From Chrysomallon squamiferum (Eukaryota; Animalia; Mollusca), in NCBI GenBank assembly GCA_012295275.1, contig CM022665.1:3224001-3288000 (forward strand): a stretch of DNA of 64,000 bases. Direction: 5' to 3'. Numbering within the stretch: position 1 is the stretch's first letter; each line of letters starts with the position of its first letter. The position numbers and the translations under genes were made by a program. A model generated the notes under the pieces. That model saw only the letters and a program-made list of their open reading frames with translations, was not told the DNA's origin and did not search any database. Shown piece after piece: positions 1-13,728 of this stretch.

Positions 1-1118
1 CGTTTAGATACGACTTCGTTTGTTTGCCTTTTAGCGGTTAATGCTTGGAGCTAATGAGGGCGATCTTGTTAGAAGTTCAGCGTGTGAAGTTATTTGTAGA
101 GAAAGTTGCATGACACTTGATGTGGTAGGAAAGAAGAAAAAGTCTGTGAGCGTTTTCTCATACGTGCTTACATTTCCACATTTCTTAACACATGATGTCA
201 GTTTATCTGAAAGCATAGAAACACTATATATAATTATTAATACACCCCGGTACTGTGTTACGTTACGTTTGTTTATGTCTTGTTTACTTAATAAGTTATT
301 GTTACTACCACAGCCAAAATCACCCCCCTCTTCCTCCTCCTCATTGTTGTTGTTGTTGTTGTATTTATTTCCGCGTATGCAACTGATGCACAACTGGTTT
401 ATCAAAGGACATGGTGTGTTTTCTGATTGTATTGTGGGGTTTTTTGGGGGGTTTTCGTTCGTTCTTTCTTTTTTTCCTTTTTTTTTTCTTTTAGAATTTG
501 TATTGTGGTTGCTGTTTGTTTCATGGAGAGGGCTGCGGTTGGTATTTAAAAAAAAAAAAAATGAAAACTTAAAAATGTTTTAATATAATAACGACATTCC
601 TTTGTCGACATAACGAGAAAACGGTGTTTTAAATGAACTTCATTGAGAAACTGTCATGCTTACTTAAATTTCTTCAATTGTTCAGTTGGTTATTACTTCA
701 GTAAACTGGGAATTGTTCTCGATACCGTTTTTTTTCTACGGAAGACAATACGAGGATTTGAAGAAACTACTTTTGTCAATAAAAAAAAAGAAGAAAAAAA
801 ACAAACAAAAAAAACTTTTCTATGCACAATTATCGGTATTTCTGTGTAATTTCCGCCGTGATGTTATGTCAGTGTCCCCGCATTTCCTTTTTCAAGATAA
901 ATTTCTATTTCTTCCATTTTGTGTTAATCGAAGACAATAATGTACATATTTTGTTCATTGTGCACCAACATGGTTTATACATTGACTACAAAAAAAAAAA
1001 AAAAAAAAAAAAACGCTGGTGTGCAGTGGTATTGACCTGCGCGCACCAACTGTTTTTGTAAATAATAGATAGAGATAGACGTAATTTGGTAAACATTACC
1101 TGTGCCGTTCCTTGGAAT

Positions 1119-1327
1119 CGAGGGCGGATCTACAATGAAAATAAAAGAAGATTAAGCTTCGGTGCTCCTTATCAAGGAGGGGCCTGGGAAACGAAGTCTT
1201 AAGCGAACGTTTGTGATGATCTGTGAAGAATTCCACTGAAGAAGATAACAGTGGTGGTTACCCAGATCTCGTTGTCGGTTGAGAAATTCAAGGTTTAGAG
1301 CCCCCAAAAAGTGTAGATCCGCCTAGT
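1119..1327. mobile_element. Short MITE-like element with terminal inverted repeats
   Basis: GGCGGATCTACA (1123-1134) and its exact reverse complement TGTAGATCCGCC (1312-1323) bracket about 180 bp of non-coding DNA. The flanks CTTGGAAT / CTTGAAAC may be a decayed target-site duplication. Confidence 0.6.
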
Positions 1328-1932
1328 CTTGAAACGTTCTCGGTTGATTATTTATTTCTAGTTTATGGTTACCAGGAACTGATAGGCTCTACGCTTTTGC
1401 CCGCATGTTTAGAAGTGCGGTTGATTACATGGGAATTCAGATTAGAATTTATTATTCAATAAATAAATAAATAAATAAATAAATAACAAATAAATTAATT
1501 AATTTAAAAAAAAATGAAGTATTTATTTATCAGATGATCATGGATGATGATGATGATAATAATTACGTTTAGAAAACAACTTTCATCATCATCATCATCG
1601 TCGTCATTATCATTATTTTTATCATCACCACAACGATGTGGGCAGCATTTGTTCAAATTCATTTTGTTCTGTATCGCTTCATTATTAAACAAACATGCTA
1701 GATTCGTCATTAATAACATACATAAATATTCCCAAGCAGTAAACGTCTGCTTTATCAGCGCGCAGACGTAAATAGAATATCAAGTTAAACACCCCACATC
1801 TAGCACCCACCTCGCCACGCTATCAATCACTCTCGCAGAACCATCGTTACCCTCACTTATCACTCCAGTCTTTTCCCGTGTTTACACAACGCTTTACTCT
1901 GCAAATTGAAATTCGATTTTCTCTTAAAAACA

Positions 1933-1934
<2 letters not shown>

Positions 1935-1975
<41 letters not shown>

Positions 1976-2010
1976 GTTGTTGTTGTTGTTGTTGTTGTTG
2001 TTATTGTTAT
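1935..2010. repeat. Compound (TAT)n/(TGT)n microsatellite
   Basis: Directly visible trinucleotide runs. Confidence 0.95.
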
Positions 2011-3409
2011 CATTTCCAGAATGTTACTGTACACATAGAAACTGAGTTTGTTCAATTTTGTGTAGTGGTTTATATTAAAAAAAAGTTGTGCAAGTTGTAA
2101 GTATGACTTTCAAAACGTTCGCTTGGTCTGGCGTTCATTCACAGTATTAAAGACATAAGAATAATTTCAAAATGTGGTATGTTTTAAAATTAGTTATAAC
2201 AAACTCCATGAAAGGGGGAAAAAAGTAACAAAATATGAAATATATGTATATTGTTACAACAGATACTGTTAGTTAAATACGAACAACTCTCAGACTATGT
2301 TAGTGAAACTGAAGCCAGCCTTTAAATTCAAAGAAAAGCGGAGATTTCATTCCATTTATAAAGTTCAACATATGTATATATATATATATAAAAACCAGAA
2401 CAGAACCACTTGCATATTTTCCAAAACCGATCTTTTTTTCAAAGTAGCATAACAGAGTCCGTAGAAGGAACATCAGCATCGCGGTACCATGCTGGTACAT
2501 ATCTACAACTGTCAGATAGCTTTCTGAGAATTCATCAATCACCAAGGTGATCTCAAACATGTGTTTTTGTTTATTGTCACTGCTAGTTCTACCTTACTTG
2601 ACATGTATGCTAACCTGTCCTACACGCACACGGCTGACTGTGAGGTGAAAACGGTCCGTGAACCGTATGAGACTTGCTACATAAATCTTCCGCCACGTAC
2701 TGGACGGAGTTAAACGTTTGCAGCGCCATCAACTTCCAGTGTTCCGTTCAGGGGGAGACAAGCTGCTGGAAACCAGCCGACTCGTGTTCCTGTCGGAAAT
2801 CCCCGACATATGAATAATTAAGAATTAATCAGTCAGTGTCGTTCACTGTTTCCGACATGTTCATTTTTCTCTGTCAACCGAATGTGCTTTTGACATGTTT
2901 TACATTTCCTTTTAAGTTTATGTATTTGTTTAACATTAATTCGTTTAATTACAGATTGCTATTTACGTAGCGGTTCCCTGGATTATTAGATTATTATTAT
3001 TATTATTATAAAATTTAATTGAGCATTTAATGTTGTTGTGTCGTTGTGACATGTTAGTTCTGTGAAGGGGATACTGCGACACAAATGTAGTTCGATTTAC
3101 GTGGAACGATTTCGAAGAACAACGATACACTTACGTAAGTTTTGTAGAACTGCAATGGTCTTCGACTGCTACTTCTGATCTGAAGCAGTCACTGCTATTA
3201 GTACCAGCAGTGTTCTTATTTTATTTATTTACTTGTTTATTTATTTATTTATTTATTTATTTTAATGAACATAAAAGTAGTTTTTATAATGAAAACAGTT
3301 CGTTAATTTGTTGAACCACTATCTCAGTATAAAATGGATATTTTCAAATCCTTGGTTCGTTACTTTTTCGTTGCAGACACTGATTATTTTAAATTTCTTC
3401 TTTTGAAAC

Positions 3410-3410
<1 letters not shown>

Positions 3411-3452
<42 letters not shown>
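3411..3452. repeat. (GT)n microsatellite
   Basis: Directly visible. Confidence 0.95.
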
Positions 3453-3454
<2 letters not shown>

Positions 3455-3589
3455 TAATAACATGAGATATAATAGTAATTTTATTCAGCAGTTACGAAAC
3501 GTTGATAACAAAACAAACACATTATTTAAATTTACCGTGTTTCGCTGAACGAGTAGCACTGATTTGTGTATTAACACGAACAACATGAG

Positions 3590-3621
<32 letters not shown>

Positions 3622-4761
3622 GTTCTATCCAACATAAACAGGAACAAAAAAAAAAACACACAAAATAGATAAAACCATAAAATAAAAATCGAACACACTC
3701 TACCGTGATAGTTGAAAGAAAAACCTTAGTCGCCCACAATTATTAAGATGAATTCTGTTTTACTCGGTAAAACGGCCACATGCACGCCTGTGGTGACAGA
3801 AGTGTGCTTCAGCGGACGCGTTCGTGATTAAACGCGTCTCGTAAAACGCTGGTCAAAGCCTGTCCTTACCGCACGGCTTGAGTCCTTCTCGTTACCCTAA
3901 TGTAACTTATTAAAGGAACACTAGAACACCAGACACACTCCCCTCCCCTCACCCCCTCCCCCACTCACACCACGTATATTCTGATTTCAACCATTGATGG
4001 AACAACACGTTTCATTAAGTATATTTAAGAAGGAAAAAATGAAAGAAAGAAAGAAAGAAAAGAAAAGAAAAGAAAAGAAAAGAAAAAGAATTGAAATAAA
4101 AGAAAAATGATGAAAAGAGTTTTAACTTGTTCACGGATGTATGAAAACCTTCTGTGATTTGCGATATCCTTGTCAAACGCCATTATGATCGGTCTATGTT
4201 GTTTTTATTTTCTGTTTATTTGTTTTGTTAAGTTTTTATTGTCCATTGTCATCAGCTGTTTTGGACAGGCGTGTTATAGCGCTATGCCAGACAAAACAAC
4301 CTCAGTAACTTATATATTTATTTAAGATTGTTTTAAATAGATAGGTAGATAGATAGATAGATAGATAGTCAGGCAGATAGATAGATAGATAGACAAATAA
4401 ATAGACAGATAGATAGATAAATACTTATTATTTTTATGATTCTGATTTTTTCTAAATTATTAAATGTATAGTAATAAAATAAAACGATTAACACTGAATT
4501 CTGGATATTTCTATCTTACAACCACCAATGCTACTGCTACTACTCCTACAATTATTACTACTACTGCGGCTGTTATTACTGCTAGTACTACTACTTTTAC
4601 CACCACCACTACTACTTTTTATTATTATAACTATAATAAATAAATAAATAAATAGATAGATATTCTAATCAACGAGAAAATGTAAAAACAATTAAATATT
4701 TGTGGTCACTGTGCACACGACTTTATACTTTTCTCATAAAATTCAATTTAATCATAATGAG

Positions 4762-4816
<55 letters not shown>

Positions 4817-5549
4817 TATATTATTCCTATTACTATTATCATCATCATCATCATCATCATCATCATTATTTCTATTAATATTATTCTTAGTGAAGATTTC
4901 ATCATGTATTTTTTTAAATTTAAAAAAAAAAAATGTTTATGCTTGATGGTATCAACTATGAAATTATTTCAAAACTGTGAACTGAACCTTGCAATGGTCA
5001 CTTAACAAATCCGATATCTTTAACGATCATCTACGGAAAGGTTCGCGAACCATGCAAACATGAAGAAAAAAGTTACTGACATGAAACGCTATGACGCACG
5101 ATAAATTCCGCTTATTTTGACAGTTTTATGCTTCCTGCCCTTTATGGTTATTGTTTCTTTATTCCGTATGGTCAACAACCTTTGATCTTAGGTGAGATAA
5201 CGCGGCATCCGGTAAAATATTAATTAACGTTTTAGTCTTTATTTCAAAGCATTGCTAGCTTCCGGTTAACGTTTTAATTCGTAATTGGACTTGTCCCGAC
5301 CCTAAATGTTCTTGGCTATTCATTTGTAGTTTATGGTAACCAGGAACTGGGAAATACAAAAAAAAAAGTTTGTGTCAGTGTGAATGTTACAACGTACATA
5401 ATTATGATTATTTCTGAGATGTAGATTAAATATGATCAGTAGTAACATTAACATTACCTGAGTACGTAGCATTTAACACTTGTCCATTTCCAGACATTCA
5501 CATGTGTGTGTGTGTGTGTGTGTGTGTATATTTTAATTTTAATTTTGTT

Positions 5550-5552
<3 letters not shown>

Positions 5553-5613
<61 letters not shown>
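5553..5613. repeat. (GA)n microsatellite; similar runs at about 6401-6467 and 8552-8614
   Basis: Directly visible. Confidence 0.95.
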
Positions 5614-5616
<3 letters not shown>

Positions 5617-5805
5617 CTTAATGCTGTGCTATTAATATGCTATCTACACCACTGGACAGGTTTTCTTCACTTCTTCTTTTCTTCTTCTTTTTTTTTTTTT
5701 TTTTTTTTTTCTTTTCTTTTCTGGACAATACAGCCACTCGCCTATCTCTCTAAGAAAAAAAAAAAAAAAAAAAAAAATGATAGATTGATTCAGACACGCG
5801 CCGAG

Positions 5806-5823
5806 TGACGTCATTTATATAAG
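5806..5823 (+). promoter_or_regulatory. Palindromic CRE (TGACGTCA) next to a TATA-like box
   Basis: TGACGTCA at 5806-5813 followed by TATATAAG at 5816-5823 in a locally CpG-containing patch. The gene it would control is not identified. Confidence 0.35.
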
Positions 5824-6398
5824 AGCAGACGACTGTTGTTTGATTTGACCGTAAGCGACATTTGTTATCACAGCGGGTCACTCACTGGTGTTTTATAAAA
5901 AATAATGACAATTATAATGACATATTGTTAAAAACTCTTTTATTTTACATTCAGACTTTTTAATAGCCAACGGCTAGTTCTTCCTCAAACTATTAACTAT
6001 GTGCTGTCAGTGTTTCTTTTGTTAAAATGGGCTTCAGACCATTTGAACGATGAAGGATCAAGAGTGGAATTATTTTTACCTTTGTTCTCATAAGGCTAAT
6101 ATTAATAATATCACTCAACGGTCAATATTTGATATAACTAAACCTTTTAAATTTTTACCTTGAGTTACGTACTGTAAATTTTATTGATATTTTTTAAACT
6201 TTTGCTGGCTTGGTTTGTCTGTTTAAAGTATAACACATACCGCTCTTTCTAGATTTAAAAACGTTTGTTTTTGTCTGGTGAGATTTTTATTTATTATTTT
6301 CTTCTTCTTCTTTTAAAAACAAAACAAAACAAAAACTAATAAAAGTACTATTGTTAATAAATATATTTCTTGACTAAATTCTTGATTCTTTTGGGATT

Positions 6399-6469
<71 letters not shown>

Positions 6470-6972
6470 CTAGAACAGATAAAGATAAGATTCAAAGGAA
6501 GATAATAATTATTCAGTTACTGAAAATTATTCGACCATTACAAAACAACAGAACCATATTGTTAAACTAAAGAAGCACTTTTATTTCTTTTCGCATGGAT
6601 TTCTTTCAGAATTTGTTTACTTCACTACAAACACGGTAACTATTTCAAAAGTATTTGGAATTGTTGGCTATTGTTGGGTTTTTTTGTATAATTATTTATC
6701 GTGGTAAAAGCGTTGCTATGCAATAAATAAACGTAAATAAATAATCGTTTTGTCTGTTTTGAACAGTGAAGATAGAAGCAATATCAACAAAACAAGTACA
6801 CTGCGAAAGACAACAGCAGTAATAATTTAAAAAAAAACAAAAAAAAGAACGAGTTCAAGTCATGAAACTGAATACGTATATCAGCGAGAAACTGAAACAT
6901 TTCAGACAAAGAAATATTCTTCGTTTAAATCTTATTTTTCTTCTTTGTGTAAAATATGAATGTCAAAGATAG

Positions 6973-7003
<31 letters not shown>

Positions 7004-7220
7004 AAGAAAGAAAAATCGTGTTTGGGAAAAGGAGCGTGCTAGATTGTTTGGTTGTCATATTTTGCCGCCGGTTCATGATAACCTAACGTCGTTGCCGTCA
7101 ACGCCTAACTATGATTGGACAATAATTGGTCACCCTGCAGCGGCTTCGTCGGATGATGGCGTGACAAATGTTCAATATCATCTAACGTAGGAGATAATGA
7201 GAAATGTCGTTGGTTTGGAT

Positions 7221-7258
<38 letters not shown>

Positions 7259-7580
7259 AAATGGATGGAGAAAGAAAAGCAACAGTGAACAGAAATAATA
7301 ATAAGAAGAAGAAGAAGAAGAAGGAGGAGGAGAAGAGGAGGTGGAAGAAGGAAATGATGATGAAGAAGAAGAAAAATAAGAAGTAGTGGAAAGAATCATT
7401 TTTATTATTAAAAGAAGAGAAAGGATTATTGGAGGAAAAAAAAAAGAATAAAAACAACAATAATGATAATAATAATAATAAATGTTTAAATTAAATTAAA
7501 ATAATATATATATATATATAATAAAATAAGTAAATAATAAAAAAAAACCTAAAAAAATAAAAAAAAAAAAAAAAAAATAA

Positions 7581-7617
<37 letters not shown>

Positions 7618-7792
7618 GAAAAAACAAAAAAGAAATAACTGTTAACAAAAACTAAATAAAAAAGAATTTATGCAAAAAATTAGGACAATTTTAAATGTTA
7701 CTCGTTAAAAACACAAAATATAAACTAAATCTAATAAATCAAATTTCTCTTTCTTCTTAAATGTAATATATCATAAATAAAATAATAAATAA

Positions 7793-7831
<39 letters not shown>

Positions 7832-8548
7832 AAGAAAGAGAAAAGGATAAGAAAAGAAAACTAGTGAGGAAGACAAAAAGAAAAAAAAAAAAAAAAAATT
7901 ACAAAAACAGATGAAAAAAAAAAAAAAAAAAAAAAAATTAAAATTAAACTAAAGAAAAGAAATGATAACAAAATGACGCCTGCTGGGTTCTAGCAGAATG
8001 TATCGGATCACCGACTGGCCCTTCACGTCCATCTGCCTAACCCATCTGTCCATTACGCCAAACTCCCACCTCTCACAAAGGCAGCCATGCAATGAACGTA
8101 TATTTCATATTTATTGGACCGGGAATGAATCAGATTCAACCAGAACTAGTCACTTGCTCGGAAGGGGGCTTGAAAAACAACAAAAGAAAACAGCGCATGG
8201 CCGCAATGTATCTTTGTTGATCAATTTATCGTGTAGTCCTAATGTCGTAAAGCGACGCGGTTCGGTTTCATATAAAACCCTCAGTGCTTTCGTATTATGT
8301 TTTAGAATGATGCTCATTTCATGGACACTCGTTCGTCAATTATTTTCGTGTAATCGATCATGTTAGCTTTACGAGCGGCTCCGGACACAACAGCCGTCGT
8401 AAAATACATTTTTAAGAACGATCATAAATCTGTTATTGTTTAAAAAACATGCACGATAGATTTTATTTCAGAGTTTAGGAGGATGAAGAAAAAAAAAATC
8501 ATATTTTTATTTGGAAAATTCATCACATCTGCGATGTCAGATGTTAAT

Positions 8549-8618
<70 letters not shown>

Positions 8619-8929
8619 CAAAGAAAGAATAAAAAGAAAAAGAAAAAAGTTTAAAAATGGAAAAGATTATCTTGGGTGAAATCGTCTCTTAGATTAAGCT
8701 TCTAATATTAAATTGCTGATGCTAAAACATACACATTTTGATAGTTAGCTTTTCATCTGTAAATGCACTTGTTAACATAAAATGCAATGTTTGGACCATA
8801 ATATGATATGCTTGTTCTTGCTTTTCATTATGTTGTTGTTATCATTTACTGATTATTATTTATTATTATTATTATTATTTTGTTTTTAATCAGGCAAAAG
8901 CGTTCACTGTGAAATTATTATTATTATTA

Positions 8930-8968
<39 letters not shown>

Positions 8969-11074
8969 TTGGTGGCATGCTAAAACAATAGACATGTGTC
9001 CAGAGGGAACTGTTTGAGGAACAACAGTTGATGTTAACCTGACATCTGCATCAAGGATCTTAACGAGCCGGCTGAAAGGTCACCGTGACATCCTTGCAAA
9101 GATTCTGGGACCCATATCAGGTGCACGTTAAAGAAAATGACAATAGGAATGGAGCACGCGCACGTCTTGCATTGTTGTAGCGACCGCAGTCGTCACCAGG
9201 AGATTACATCATCCTGTGCCATAATATGGGTGAAGGTGAAGGTTACAGAATTTAGGGCATATCTGCATCTGTCGATGACGAACGAATGAAATGGGCTAAA
9301 ACAAGGCTCTCCGGGTCTCCGCCTCTCAGACAACAGATTTCTATTCTGAAGATATTAGGGTTTGTCAAGCACATTTCAGATCTAATTATCATTCCACAAC
9401 ATCGGCAGTGAGTTATCTTTTGTGCGGTTGAAAATCGCGCGAAAATATTTTATAACGTGTCTTCTGTTTGTGTTTTAATGTTGTTGAACAGTCGGGGGGA
9501 AATCCTGTTTACGCAGGCGTTGAAACTGGTGCTAGAAAACACTTCTTATAAAGTGTTCAGAATAAGATTCTTTTCGATTATTTTTTTGAAGTTCTCCGAT
9601 GACACTTGGTTACAACATTAATGATAACGTAATAAATGGATGACGAAATGCCAATAGTAAAAAAAATATATATATAATATGAATAATAAATAAATTAATT
9701 AAAATAAAATTAAATTAAAAATTAAAAAAATGTTGTTGGCCTATGAAGTTTAAGGAAACAAATGATCAAACCGACTATATCTTCCCGAAAACATTCATTT
9801 TAACGTAACATGCAGATTACCACTAATACTACTAACTGCGACGAGGGTAGGTGCTGGCTACGTACATTGTAGGCAAAGCCAGCTACGTGCACTCACCCCT
9901 CCTTAAATAATTTAAGTAACAGTACTGCCAGTATTGAAAAAATTAACATGGTTATGAATTAATATTGAACAATGAACTATACTGGTATAGTTTGCTTTTA
10001 TCATGTTATTTTTTCTTTCTTGAAAACAATAATTTGTATAAAAATGTGACGTATAAAGGTCAGTAATGAACCCTCTGAAATCAACGCCCTAGCTGCCTAG
10101 CTGGTCTAATGGTAGTGCCGACTCTTACGATGATGATGCTTTTATAAATATTTTTATTTTTTTTAATTTTTTTTATTATTAATATTATTATTTTGTTTTT
10201 GTTGTTATTTGCAGTAAAACAAAATCTTAAAATACATATTCCAGAAGTAAATAAATGTTTTCACAGCATCCAATTTATTTAAATGATAACGATAAAAAGA
10301 TACATTCCACAGAAAGAAGAGAGAATGTACGATGTGTAGGTGTTGTTTAGTCTTCTCGGTCTTCTTGCTGGACCATTGTCATCTCACCACTGGAATCACT
10401 ACATAACAGGCAATAACCTCCAGAATATTTCCTTCTTTCAAAATGTTTGAACGATGAAAAAATCAGGAAGAGCACGTGGAAGTACCAGTCTTTAGTTTAA
10501 AGTAGATTTTTTTTTTTTTTTTTATTGTATCTGATCGTGAAAATCAACAGATTGATGTGTCGGAGAAAATTCGGACGACAAAAAACCCATTAGAGAAACT
10601 CTGCTAATAATCAAGTGAAAGTGAGCACTTCTACTATCATATTTACTGTTTTTGTTTTTGTTTTCAGATGGCACTAACTGTTCCTAATGAATTAGTTCCG
10701 GAAGAGCATACCAACCTCAAACGTCTGCAACTTGGGTGGTCATTATCGAAGGGGAATAACTCCAAGTTTATATTTTCAGTTTAATACAGTTAGTATTTAT
10801 TATTGTGCATATAATACTGAAAGAATTTCACTCGTAATAGAATATGTTATTGATAAACGTATAGTGATTACTTACAACCAGATCATAAACACATATGCTC
10901 GCAGTCAAGCACACACATACATACTAATAAATGTTTAAATATATTGTTATTCATACATATGAACGTCTGCAACTACTCATACATATATGTGTGTGTGTGT
11001 ATGTATATATATAGAAAAACACACATCCACACCTACACACCACACACACATGTATATTCAGGTACGCTGAAACA

Positions 11075-11112
<38 letters not shown>

Positions 11113-11275
11113 TACATATATACATAAATTAACTTCAAATCTGAAAGTGAATTTGTATCTATTCATTTTGTATTTATTTCATTATATTAACACAAGCACA
11201 CATGCGTATGTGTGTATGATAATCAAAATACAACGAAACATAAATTCATATATATATATATATATTTATACGAAG

Positions 11276-11333
<58 letters not shown>

Positions 11334-13037
11334 TACATCGTATAAATGTATAAACGCCACATGACAACCAGGACTATCTAATGTGCTGGCATCTCATGTC
11401 AAAAATATGTTAATTAGTCACTCTTGCGAGACGATGTAAATTGTGCCAGTAAGTGGTCCGTATAGTTCTTTTGACCGAATTTCCTGTCGAAAGTACAAAA
11501 AAAGTCTAATTAAGAATCTGTTTGTATTATTATTAAACTATGGCACGATGACCTAGCGTTAATCCTTTGTCGGGGATATGCAAGCGGTGTTTTATTAATA
11601 AGAAACGGGGAGGGATTGAGAGAGAAAAAAGTGACCTGCTTTTGCCAGTGACAGTGGAGCAACTGGTCAACTTTAACCTTCACAATCTGGCCTCTAACCT
11701 TGAATTTTCTGATTTACACGGGTGAGTTTATTTCTGCCATCTGTTCTCTCATCAACACACGTTCTATTAAGCGGCGACCGCGGTTTTGATTGAAAACGTG
11801 GAAATAACAAACCGCAGTAATGGTACGTGGCGTACGTAAGGGCCACGCGACAGACGGCACATTTTCATTAACGATTTGTCCTTCACCTTTAACCTCCCCT
11901 CCCGGCAAGATACATTTGACGCGTCTGAGTAAAGAACTAGGTCAGATCTGGAATATTATATTTAGTCGTTTTGGAGTTATTTGGTGTGTGTGTGTGTGTA
12001 TGCGCGCGCGCTCGAGCGCGTATATATTTATGAAATGGCGGCGTCTGTTATAAAGCTCTGAATTAACAACAGTAACATGATGCATTTTATTGTATGTATC
12101 GGCTTAATGTGATCTATAAATATCCCTAAAGGAAATATAAACGCATTATATGCAAAAGTTAATACGATATGGCATTCTAGTCAATTGTCCCACTTCTTTG
12201 GTTGAATAATAATAATAATAAAAAAATAATATAATATAATATAATAAATAATAATAAATAAAAAATAAATAAATAAATAAACAGAACAACAACAAACAAA
12301 CAAAACAAAAAAAAAAAAAAAAAAAAAAAAAGAAAAGAATGTGGTATCTGCTTTATATTACATTTCTTTTTATTTAAATATAAATAACTGAAGTAAGCAA
12401 GTAAATAAATAAAGATTCGTTGTAACGAGAGAAGAAAAAAAGTGATATATTTAATACTTTAATTTTCTCGTAATACGTTTAATATGTTCAGTCGACATTA
12501 TATTTTATTTATTTGTTTATTTATTTGTTTATTATTGTGTTTGCTGTTGCTATTAGACATCATAAATATTTATAAGAGTAAGTTCATTACTGGCTTAACT
12601 ACATGACCGAACAGCTGCACTGAAAATAAATAAATTATGTTGGTATTTAGATATGCGCATGAATTTGTGTGCGTGTCTGTGCGTGTCTGTGCGAGTCTTT
12701 GTGTAATTTATATTTTCAGTTATTTTCAAAATATATTATCAGTGCTTTCCATCATTGGGATATAATAATATCATAAACAGTAAAGAAATATACTGATAAA
12801 AGCGTGAAAAAATAAAAAAATAAAAAATATTGAAAAAAAAGAGTATAAAATAGGTACTTATTGTAATCGTGTAAAATCAGGGTAGAACAGTGGGTGGGAC
12901 CAGGTGAGGCCAGTGGAAACCGACCTCGCGTGGGGCTACTGCCCCCCTTTGAGGCACGGAGGAACTCTTTGTTAATCACTATTATTGTTTTAGGGTGGGT
13001 TTTTTTTTTAAATTATTATTCTGTTCTGTTACTTGCA

Positions 13038-13315
13038 ATTACATCATGTTACACTGCACGTGCATGCATATACCCGTAAATAAATCATAAAAGTTGGCGC
13101 TGATTTAGAAATGTACTTAATGATCCTACATTTCCCATCTGTCTTAGGTCTGTTTCCAGCTATAAATATCGTCGGAATGTATATCTTTATTGCCATACGC
13201 ATAAATAATGTTTAGATAATAGTAAATTTATCTGCTTGTAAATAGATGTACTTTCCAGTTACTGTCAACAGATTTGTCACGAGCTGATGCAATTACCTGA
13301 CATACTCCGACCAAT
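13038..13315 (+). promoter_or_regulatory. CHAC1 proximal promoter with C/EBP-ATF (CARE/AARE) elements, TATA and CCAAT
   Basis: TGATGCAAT at 13285-13293 (consensus ATF4/CEBP composite site), ATTACATCA at 13038-13046 (TGATGTAAT on the - strand), TATAAATA at 13161 and CCAAT at 13311, all within about 410 bp upstream of the ATG. Confidence 0.6.
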
Positions 13316-13444
13316 CGCATGTTAATAATTTTCTAACGAGCAGTATGGTTGGTTGAATAGTGCAGAGAAAACGTTAACGCTGCTATATTATTTGGTATAA
13401 CTGTATTGTTGTTGTTGTTGTTGTTTGGCTTCGCTGATAATTTC

Positions 13445-13695
13445 ATGATGAGTTCGGATGATCTGATGAATGAACTTTTAAAAGGAAATCCTACAATATG
13501 GGTGTTCGGCTATGGGTCTCTGCTTTGGAAACCGAACTTCGAGTATAAATCTAGACGGGTAGGCCACATCAAAGGTTTCGTTAGACGTTTCTGGCAGGGA
13601 AACACAACTTACAGAGGAACCCCCAGCAAGGTAAACTACTACACATTATTACAGTGAAAGTAAGAAAAATAGTAAGGAAAAAATATGTATGTAAA

Positions 13696-13728
<33 letters not shown>

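Noticed and set aside
10300-10495. Exon-like or transposase-like GC-richer patch
   Set aside because: No frame gave a recognisable protein, and no terminal repeats were found.
12885-12965. GC-rich patch resembling a transposon end upstream of CHAC1
   Set aside because: No matching inverted partner or target-site duplication could be identified.
31-12979. Numerous ORFs with poly-K, poly-L, poly-Y, ER, HT or CV runs (also 16151-19476)
   Set aside because: They are translations of microsatellites and poly-A/T tracts, with no recognisable domain or consistent splice structure.
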